A stretch of DNA of 64,000 bases from Veleropilina oligotropha (taxonomy: Eukaryota), in the NCBI GenBank assembly GCA_048128005.1, contig JBEUKZ010000100.1, positions 558,001 through 622,000 on the forward strand, read 5' to 3'. Every line of letters starts with the position of its first letter. Within the stretch, counting starts at the first letter, position 1. A program made the position numbers and the translations under genes. Below, in pieces: positions 53,692 through 61,422 of the stretch. The notes beneath the pieces were generated by a model that saw only the letters and a program-made list of their open reading frames with translations, had not been told where the DNA came from and searched no databases.

Positions 53692-54966
53692 ATGGCTAAG
53701 AGCGCCTTTGTATTCAATAGGAGTGCGGCCTATACGACCGGTGTGGTGTACCCAGCAAAGATCAAAGATGAGGCGCTTACGAGACCAAGCATCAATGTGG
53801 GTAATAGCTCAACCACTACATTCGGGGCAACATATCCCGACGTATTTCAAAAGTATCGCCTCCCACATGTCGCGAGTGACCGACTGATAAGGGCTTGGCA
53901 GACCACGCCGATGCGATTTTGGCAGAACAAGGTCAATTTCGCCTTCTGGTGTGCCACAACGGGTTCTGGGATCTCCTCAGAAGACCACTTGAATGCGACC
54001 GACCCCCTCTCCAGAGCCGTATTCACCTTCCACGTCTACTATCAGGTCAGAAGGATCTTGACCGAGATTCAGGCCCCGCTGCCACAGGACCGGACGTGGG
54101 ACGCGTTCGACACCCCGTATGACCGAAGGGCATATGAAAAGATCTGCAGCGAATTCGGAGTGTCCCCACATACCGACTGGCGTGTCAAGGGTCCCAACGG
54201 CGGACTAGGCACCGCTTACAGCTACTGGACGAACAACGGCTACCACCCCATCGGACGTGAGTATGATCCAAGCCGAATGTCCTTCACCAAAGGTACGACC
54301 AACACGAATCTGCATGTGGACTATATAGCACAGGATGCAGGCACTTCGTGGGCTACTTTTATTCTGGACAGGTCAGTGGGGTTTACCCGGGCCGGCGTGG
54401 AAAGGCTCAATGACTCCATCAGGACCTACGTCTGGGCGATTCTTGGAGCGCAGGCTCAAACGCGTGCAGGCATTCTGGGTAGTGGGATGGCGTTTGACGC
54501 GCAGAAACAGTTTCTGGCGAACGTCGAGGATGCCATCGCATCGCCGGTGGACCTCCCAGCAGCAATCAAACGGTACCAGGAGGTGCTACAGTATGCGAGG
54601 TCCAAAGTAGACTTCGTCTTCGGCGTAGGCCTTTATATGGTGCCTAGTGACATGCTTCTACGGATCGGGCAGGTCGCTGGGTACAACAACGAGATCGTCG
54701 TCGCCACGGAAGACCAGACACTCGGTCTTAATATGACTGTCAATGCGGCCAGTGTGCCGCTCAACGCCACTGGGGAGACTGGAGAAACAGGACTGGTCGT
54801 CCCACAAGACGAGGTCGCAGTCTTACGGGCAGCTGCTCCGAAGCAACCAAATGCTTCGCCGGCTGTGGCCGCGGCGGGGGGGGCAGCTGTGGCACATGAC
54901 GAGGAGAAAACCGCACTTATCGTGGGCGGCATTGTCGTTGGCCTAGCGTTCATCTGGCTTACGTGA
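53692..54966 (+). CDS. Viral protein of unknown function with C-terminal TM anchor (424 aa)
   Basis: Long uninterrupted ORF; WQNKVNFAFWCA, FHVYYQVRRIL, LQYARSKVDF; hydrophobic tail ALIVGGIVVGLAFIWLT. Confidence 0.8.
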   Translation: MAKSAFVFNRSAAYTTGVVYPAKIKDEALTRPSINVGNSSTTTFGATYPDVFQKYRLPHVASDRLIRAWQTTPMRFWQNKVNFAFWCATTGSGISSEDHLNATDPLSRAVFTFHVYYQVRRILTEIQAPLPQDRTWDAFDTPYDRRAYEKICSEFGVSPHTDWRVKGPNGGLGTAYSYWTNNGYHPIGREYDPSRMSFTKGTTNTNLHVDYIAQDAGTSWATFILDRSVGFTRAGVERLNDSIRTYVWAILGAQAQTRAGILGSGMAFDAQKQFLANVEDAIASPVDLPAAIKRYQEVLQYARSKVDFVFGVGLYMVPSDMLLRIGQVAGYNNEIVVATEDQTLGLNMTVNAASVPLNATGETGETGLVVPQDEVAVLRAAAPKQPNASPAVAAAGGAAVAHDEEKTALIVGGIVVGLAFIWLT

Positions 54967-56295
54967 CCCACTGTCTAGCGGCAATAAGAAGCAAGCCCCC
55001 AACAGATATAATCACAGCCCACAGATTCTCGGCGAGCCACGACGCAGTCTTGCCAACCAGATTGATTAGCCAGGAAATCAGGCTTCCAAGTATTCCGGGG
55101 AGCGCGGCTGCGGCCTTCCCCGCTAGTTTGCCTAGAATCCGTCCCAGGTTCCGCAGCTGCTTTTTGACCCACTCCTTGACCCCCCCTGACCACTGGGAGG
55201 TGGTGGTGTTGGTGCGATGCTCGACGCTCCGCCTGTCAGGGCTAGTACCAAAGTCGAGATGGCCAACCCAATAGCGGTCAGTATGGTTGCGATCGTAACC
55301 CCTTGCTCTCGGAAGAGGGTCCGAATACGCTCGGCCAGCGTTGTGTCAGAGTGGAGAATCCGATCTAGCATCTCTCGGATCCGGCTGATTTGAGAGCGTA
55401 GGGCCTCCCGGCTGGATCCGGCTGCCTCGAGGCGAGCTGCTCGTTCATCATTTAAGTTGCGCAGACGTTCCGCAATCCGTCGACGTACAAAATCTTCCAC
55501 ACCGCCCTCTTCATCTGCCTGATCGAGCTTCCTCTTCTCCAGCTCTATGTGTTCGTCCAGCGCCGTTAGTTTGGCTAAGTTGTTAGTGAGCTCGCCTCGA
55601 ATGGTCTGCATCGCCTTGTCCAGCCCACGAAGCTCACGAAGATTGAATGGAGGGGGGTCCCCCTCCACAGAGTTCAAGAACTCTTCAACCTCGGTGTCGG
55701 TGAACTTCGTCTCCATGTTGTGGATCGCTGCTGAGGCCGTTGTCGCGGTCTGCCCCAAGTCCTGCAGTTCTACGTTTTCGACATTGGCCGCCGCACCGCT
55801 CAACTCATTGTTGGCTGTCTGCAGAGCTGCAACCGCTTTTGAGGACAGCTTTTGTCCCCCTTTCCCCCGCTTCTCTGGCCGCGTCCAGTGTTCAAAACCC
55901 AACCCCTTTCTGATCGCTTTACCCCCACCTCTCCGGTTAGCTAGTGTTGACAAAGCATTGGGTTTTTTCGTTCTAGAATTGATGAGATCGATGTTTGGAT
56001 ATTTCTTCAGCCGCAATCCCTCCTCCTCCACGTACTCGAACTGGGAATAATCACGCCACGGGGGCGGGGTCTGCCCCTCCTCCAACAGGGCTTCGTAGTA
56101 GCCATCAACCGCGTCCTTCACTAACTCTTGCCGCTGACTGCTGGTTCCTTCCTGTGGCCGTTCCGAAAGAACAGGCTCAATCCAGTCCATGGATCCAACC
56201 TCACCATCATCGTCGACGATGTCGGGCTCGAATGTGGGGTTCTCAAATTCCGCCATTTGAATACTCAAGCTGGGATACGCATCTAAATCAGCCAT
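54959..56295 (-). CDS. Coiled-coil membrane protein, frameshifted at the G7 run (55180-55186)
   Basis: Start at 56295 (MADLD) or 56256 (MAEFE); long coiled coil, TM TIATILTAIGLAISTLVLAL; adding one G continues into GVKEWVKKQLRNLGRILG...NLWAVIISVGGLLLIAARQWVT* ending at 54959. Confidence 0.7.
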
Positions 56296-56307
56296 AGCGA
56301 CAACAAT

Positions 56308-57600
56308 ATGGCCAGCACGTTGAATCCATACCGCAGACTTCGAGAGCCTCTTGGGGTGAAAGGGGTCCGCCAGTCGGTCACGATAACGAACAACACATCC
56401 ACTATTGCTGCCAACCAGCAGCTGTTGGTTCGGTTCCCGAATCTCGGGACTCACGACGTAATCGTGCCAGGGACGGCCCACCTCGCATTTACCATTTCTG
56501 TGACCTCGGCTAACTCGAACAGAACTGTAGTTCAGAATATCGGACGCGCCGTGATCAAAAAGACCACGATTAAGATTAGTGGGAACGAAGTCATGTCTAT
56601 AGATGACTCCAACGTGTACCACTGCTACTGCGATCTCTGGAAGACCGCAGGGGAGCGCAAGAATGCCCAATATCAGGGTATTGATACCAGCGACAGCCAC
56701 AACACGACGAAGAACCGTGTCGGCGCTGAGGGCGCCTTCAGACGTTCTGAGGACACAGCTATATCGGACGCGTACGGCCCAAGGTTTCGCATCCCGCTGG
56801 ACTTCGAGTTGCTGGAGAGCCACATGCCGTTCTACCAAAGTGCGTTGGGGGACCGTCTTGAGTACGAGCTTACGTTAAACGACTACTCCCGGACAATCAG
56901 GGACACCGATGACCCCAGCTCCAGCTACGTCATCGACAATATCAGCCTGGAATACGACATGGTCACTAATCTTGAGCTTGCCAGATCGATAAAAAACCAA
57001 TACTCGGGCCGCCTCGTGATCCTTTACGATCGTGTCCTGCGGCATCGTAAGATCACCAGAGACAAGAGTGACACTTTGTGGAATTTAAATTTGAATGTAC
57101 CGGCGAAATCCATGAAGGGTATCCTATTTCTGTTCGAGGATCCCGCGAGAGACGCCGTACCATTCGCGAGGGACACCGAGGCCTTCTACAATTCGAAGAT
57201 CACGAAGGTCGAGGTCACCATTGAGGGTGTGCCGAATCAACTATACAGCCAGGGCATGCGTTCCTACCAGATGTGGGACGAAGCCAGGAGATTCTTCGCC
57301 TCCTCTCCGATCAGCAAACGCCATCCTGAGGTCGCGATGGTTGCCAAGGACTTGGCGCTGGCCGACGTCACCCTGGGCGAGTTTCTGACGAAAAAGTTCG
57401 CACTCTGGATCGACCTGCGCGTAACCGACGACGACGAGCTGCATGGGTCAGGCCGGAAAGTAGATAACGCCAGCGAGGGCATTACGATTCAGATCACGAA
57501 GACAGGCGAAGCCGCCGGCCCGTTGAACGTCTACATGTTCGTGATAATGGACGCGCAGCTGCATATTGAAAATGGCCGATTTGTCACCGCGCTGTACTAG
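56308..57600 (+). CDS. Major capsid protein (putative double jelly-roll, 430 aa)
   Basis: Size, beta-rich pattern (LLVRFPNL, IGRAVIKKTTIKISGNEV, FRIPLDF, ITKVEVTIEGVPNQLY, FALWIDLR, ITIQITK, LNVYMFVIMDAQLHI) and adjacency to the packaging ATPase. Confidence 0.8.
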   Translation: MASTLNPYRRLREPLGVKGVRQSVTITNNTSTIAANQQLLVRFPNLGTHDVIVPGTAHLAFTISVTSANSNRTVVQNIGRAVIKKTTIKISGNEVMSIDDSNVYHCYCDLWKTAGERKNAQYQGIDTSDSHNTTKNRVGAEGAFRRSEDTAISDAYGPRFRIPLDFELLESHMPFYQSALGDRLEYELTLNDYSRTIRDTDDPSSSYVIDNISLEYDMVTNLELARSIKNQYSGRLVILYDRVLRHRKITRDKSDTLWNLNLNVPAKSMKGILFLFEDPARDAVPFARDTEAFYNSKITKVEVTIEGVPNQLYSQGMRSYQMWDEARRFFASSPISKRHPEVAMVAKDLALADVTLGEFLTKKFALWIDLRVTDDDELHGSGRKVDNASEGITIQITKTGEAAGPLNVYMFVIMDAQLHIENGRFVTALY

Positions 57601-58207
57601 TAGACGGTTCCCCCACCCCAAGGACCCCCACTCCGCGATCATCTGCGGCCAGACCGGCTGCGGGAAGACCTTGTTTATACTTGAACTTCTCGAGGGGGAG
57701 TACTTAGGAGTGTTCAAGCACATCGTCATTCTATGCCCAACGATCAAGTTCAATCAGGCATACCAGTCATGCCCATGGATCTGGACCGACCCTGAGGTGT
57801 ACTTGATCCCCCCCGGTGAGCGGCTCCATGATTGGTTGCGGGGGTTCTACCGACTGTTCCAGGGAGAATCAACCCTATACATCATCGACGACTGCGCCGC
57901 CAGCAAAGCCCTAGCCAAGAGGAGGGACATGCTGACTGAGCTGGCTTTTAGCGGGAGGCACACCGCTCAGAGTGTGTGGGTGGTGACGCAGAAGTACAAC
58001 TCGATCCTGAAGGAGTTTCGGGAGCAGACCCGCTTTGTCGTTTTGTTTCATTGCAAGGACCGAGATTCCTTTGAGGACTGTCTCCGCGAGAACGATGTCA
58101 TTCAGTCACAGGATGAACGGACCGCGGTGCGCCGGCTGTTGGCCGAGACCAGACACGCTAAGCTCCTGTTGAAAACTGATCAGCCCGTTGCTTATAGTGT
58201 GCTATAG
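57572..58207 (+). CDS. A32/FtsK-HerA family DNA-packaging ATPase
   Basis: Walker A GQTGCGKT, Walker B YIIDD, LAFSGRH, VVTQKY; first ATG at 57572 overlaps the end of the capsid gene. Confidence 0.9.
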   Translation: MADLSPRCTSRRFPHPKDPHSAIICGQTGCGKTLFILELLEGEYLGVFKHIVILCPTIKFNQAYQSCPWIWTDPEVYLIPPGERLHDWLRGFYRLFQGESTLYIIDDCAASKALAKRRDMLTELAFSGRHTAQSVWVVTQKYNSILKEFREQTRFVVLFHCKDRDSFEDCLRENDVIQSQDERTAVRRLLAETRHAKLLLKTDQPVAYSVL

Positions 58208-58248
58208 CTACCCAGCAGCTACTTAGCATCTGCCCAGCAAGCTCTCGC

Positions 58249-59010
58249 ATGTCGGACGCTGTATATCTAGCTTTTGCTTGCAGCCAGAGCCTGGTATTGT
58301 TGCTACTCGTAACGTTGTGGTATTGGCATTATCGCTATATTAGACTGGCGAGGAGATGTTGGAAACGCTTAAGGATGGACAGCCTTATCGATCAACTCAT
58401 GGACGACGAGGAAGAAACGACCGTGGGCGGCCATGGCTCGACGACCAAATGCTGCTCGCACCACGAGGAACCTGTCAGTGGCTCCATAGGGATGGCAAAG
58501 AAACGGGAGAGGCTTGCCGCACTAGCCATCGGAGGGGATGCCAGCAAATACTTGGGGAGAAACCTCACGGTTGACTGAATCGACGATATGACTGACGACG
58601 AGGTTGAGAAACACCACGCGCGGTATGAAGCGAAGCTAGGTGCTGACATGACGAAGACCCTGGGGACTGCCGCTATACAGCTGTATGCGGGTGCAGCTGG
58701 GATGTTCTTGCCCATTCCGCCGGAGAACCAACCACGTCTGGTCGCTGACCTCGAGGCCGATCCTTTCATCGCCCATGCTCTCCGCGGTGCAAGCTGTGAG
58801 CTGTATTATAAGTATGGCATGTGGCTAGCGCCGCTGACCGCCGTGTTGACCACTGCGAAGCACTGCCAATTTGGACATGTTTGCCCGCCTAAAATATCAG
58901 AGCGAGAGCGAGATGACAACGCCGGAAGTGGACCAAATGATCGAGAGCCAGCCGATCGAGAGCCCGCCGATAGAGAGGGTGACTTCTTCGACAGACTCAT
59001 CAGTGAGTAA
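58249..59010 (+). CDS. Hypothetical viral protein interrupted by an in-frame TGA (58576-58578)
   Basis: ORFs 58249..58578 and 58588..59010 share a frame: YLGRNLTVD*IDDMTDDEVEK; N-terminal hydrophobic segment. Confidence 0.6.
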
Positions 59011-59427
59011 AAGGACCCTAAGAAGGTGGCTGCGGGTCGGGCCGGTGCTGCTGCTCGGAAAGTCAAGCAGGAGAGGCTCCTTGCTGACGTTAGAAGACTC
59101 AAAGAAGACGCTCGACAAGTATCTGTCAGCGAAGTTCCTTCAGACCTACCGGAGGCACAGCCCCAACAACAAAAACACAGTGGTAATACCCCGGCCGAGG
59201 TGACCGCGGTCGAAAAGTCAGCTACACGGAAATCGGACCCAAAATTTAATTGGACCCAGGTAGCCGTTGCTGCCGGTACGGTTGCATTGGTATTTGTTGT
59301 CTGGAGACGCAACAGTGGTCCATCCACACCACATCAACAGCCACCAGTCGCGGACGCCAGGCAGCCCCCGCCCACCCCAACCACCACCGAATTGAAGACT
59401 AGGCACAACCCGTTCCATATGCGATAG
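58912..59427 (+). CDS. Basic protein with TM segment, probable frameshift at A4 (59009-59012)
   Basis: MTTPEV...RVTSSTDSSVSK joins KDPKKVAAGRAGAAARK if one A is added; TM VAVAAGTVALVFVVW. Confidence 0.55.
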
Positions 59428-59441
59428 TCTCAGTACGAAAC

Positions 59442-59681
59442 ATGACTACCCCGATTACTGATGGAAAGATGCTCGGCAATGCTGTATATCACGCAGCTAT
59501 AGTGTCAGGCCTTGCCATAGGCTACGCACGCCTGGGAAAAATGGCCTTCAAGGGAGCGAGCCCCAAACTTGACTTCACGGGTTACGACGTCGGGATGGTC
59601 GTCCTCGACGTAGCGCTCGCCATGGCGACGAAGGACATGCTGATCAAGCAAGGCATCATTCCGGCCGACGTTTTGAAGTAG
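59442..59681 (+). CDS. Small hydrophobic viral protein (79 aa)
   Basis: ATG ORF tiling between neighbours; two hydrophobic or amphipathic segments. Confidence 0.7.
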   Translation: MTTPITDGKMLGNAVYHAAIVSGLAIGYARLGKMAFKGASPKLDFTGYDVGMVVLDVALAMATKDMLIKQGIIPADVLK

Positions 59682-59712
59682 TGGGACCTTGCTAGATAAT
59701 TGCAGCATTTCA

Positions 59713-60141
59713 ATGGCTTCCATTGCGATGCTGGTTGGGGGCGCTCTCGTCAACGCCCTCGCCTTCAGCGGCTCCAACTTCCTCTTCTCGAAGCTACGCA
59801 GCTCCGGTGTTGATGCGGAGCGTAAACGTCACGACATAGCTGTAGAGCAGCTCAACGCCGCTCAGACTAAATGGTCCCAAAAGAGGGCAGAGCGTCTCGA
59901 CTGGCTGAACGTTGAACTTCGCCGCCAGGGTCATGCTGTTGGCACTTTCCGAGATGTTGACGCCGCGATCCGTGAGTATGCATTGATCACCGGCAAGAAC
60001 CTTGACCCCGGCCTGGGAGGTGGCCCTGAGCCCCAGCTGTCCGACTACTACACACCGAGCGATGACCAAAAGGGATGTGAGATCACCTTCATCATCCTCG
60101 GGATGGCGGCGACCGGGTTGGTAGCCTACAAGCTGGCCTAA
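59713..60141 (+). CDS. Viral protein with N- and C-terminal hydrophobic segments
   Basis: MASIAMLVGGALVNALAFSGSNFLFS..ERKRHDIAVEQL...TFIILGMAATGLVAYKL; first ATG at 59713. Confidence 0.75.
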   Translation: MASIAMLVGGALVNALAFSGSNFLFSKLRSSGVDAERKRHDIAVEQLNAAQTKWSQKRAERLDWLNVELRRQGHAVGTFRDVDAAIREYALITGKNLDPGLGGGPEPQLSDYYTPSDDQKGCEITFIILGMAATGLVAYKLA

Positions 60142-60187
60142 TTATTTCCAGTGGACATTTTTTTTTCGCCGGGGGCATGTATAATAA

Positions 60188-60417
60188 TGGGGCTCCCAGA
60201 AGAGCTGTACTGCGCCATGCTTGCGGTCAGCGGGGTGGGCCTTGGTACTACGTCACTCGACTGCTGGCGGCGCGACGAAAAGACTATGGTGCGGTTCGCA
60301 GTCCTGGTGCTCTCGGGCCCGACCAACCTACGGGCGACGACTGCGCAGCGACCGGCTCCGGAAGCTGAAGCCTGTTGGAGACTGATCAGTTTACTGGAAT
60401 ACATTGCTGATGGATAG
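60188..60417 (+). CDS. Small hypothetical protein
   Basis: MGLPEELYCAML..., fills the gap and overlaps the integrase start; TATAATA just upstream. Confidence 0.4.
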
Positions 60418-61408
60418 TAAGCTTGCGAGGATATACTACAGCCCTAAGGGCTACTGGAAAGGCATTGCCGCGATAAAGAAACTAGCTGAGGCTGCCAAGG
60501 CGTCTGAAGTGGAGGCCCGGACATGGCTTAAGAGGCAGGCTATATGGCAGATCTATTTACCTGCGCCACGGCGGATTCCAAGACCAAAATTCGACGTCGT
60601 AACGCCGAACGAGGTTCACCAAGCCGACCTCCTGTTTCTCCCCCACGACAAGGTCAGTCGTACAACGTACAAGTACGCTTTGACTGTGGTCGATGTGGCC
60701 AGTCGCTTTAAAGAAGCTGAGCCTCTGGCCACAAAAGAGGCCAAAGGGGTTGCTGAAGCTCTGTCTCGAATCTACAGGCTGAGTCCTCTTAGCTGGCCGA
60801 AATTGCTTCAGGTTGATCCAGGGCGAGAGTTCATGGGCGCGGTTTCCCAGCTGCTGGCAAAGAATAATGTTGAGGTTAGGCGTGGCCGTGTGGATCTCCA
60901 TCGCGATCAAGGCATTGTGGAGCGCTTCAACCGGACGCTCGCTGAGCGGCTCTTCGGGCACCAGTATGCAACAGAGATGCGGTTTGCAGAGTCTGCGAAA
61001 GAGGGTCAAAGGTCGACTGAGTGGGTCGCCAGGTTACCGGCCGTAGTTGCGGCCTTGAATGGGGAAGAGACCCGCCTCACCGGTAAAAAGCCAAAGGATG
61101 CCATTAAGGCACCTCGCGTTGCCCAAAAGCCCTCTTCCACTGTTCCAGACCGACAGGGGAAGGAACAGAAACTCCCCTCTGACGTAGATGTTCGATACCT
61201 ATACCAACCCGGCGAGTTGGAGGGTGGTCGCCGGCGTGCCACTGACCCGGTGTGGTCTTTGACGGTTCACCGGCTTGGATGCTCTGTCACGAAGCCTGAC
61301 GAGCCTGTGCTCTACTACTTGCTCGATGGACCACCGCGTGGGTTTGTTCGAGAGGAACTTCTCGTGGTGCCTCGTGATACCCAGCTGCCGCCGGTTCTCA
61401 GGCATTAA
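60410..61408 (+). CDS. Retroviral-type (rve, DDE) integrase of Polinton type
   Basis: IYYSPKGY, HQADLLFL, LTVVDVASRF, LQVDPGREF, GIVERFNRTL: D-D-E triad intact, open frame, no chromodomain. Confidence 0.92.
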   Translation: MDSKLARIYYSPKGYWKGIAAIKKLAEAAKASEVEARTWLKRQAIWQIYLPAPRRIPRPKFDVVTPNEVHQADLLFLPHDKVSRTTYKYALTVVDVASRFKEAEPLATKEAKGVAEALSRIYRLSPLSWPKLLQVDPGREFMGAVSQLLAKNNVEVRRGRVDLHRDQGIVERFNRTLAERLFGHQYATEMRFAESAKEGQRSTEWVARLPAVVAALNGEETRLTGKKPKDAIKAPRVAQKPSSTVPDRQGKEQKLPSDVDVRYLYQPGELEGGRRRATDPVWSLTVHRLGCSVTKPDEPVLYYLLDGPPRGFVREELLVVPRDTQLPPVLRH

Positions 61409-61422
61409 CAGCTGCTGCTCCC

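Noticed and set aside
56296..56838. N-terminal ~180 aa of the 568-aa ORF 55132..56838
   Set aside because: Lies antisense to the major capsid gene and starts at a non-ATG codon; the real start is more likely 56295 or 56256.
61411..61419. GCTGCTGCT as the right terminus matching AGCAGCAG
   Set aside because: The match is only 8-9 bp with no extended inverted repeat or CCATTC duplication, and viral coding sequence continues beyond it.
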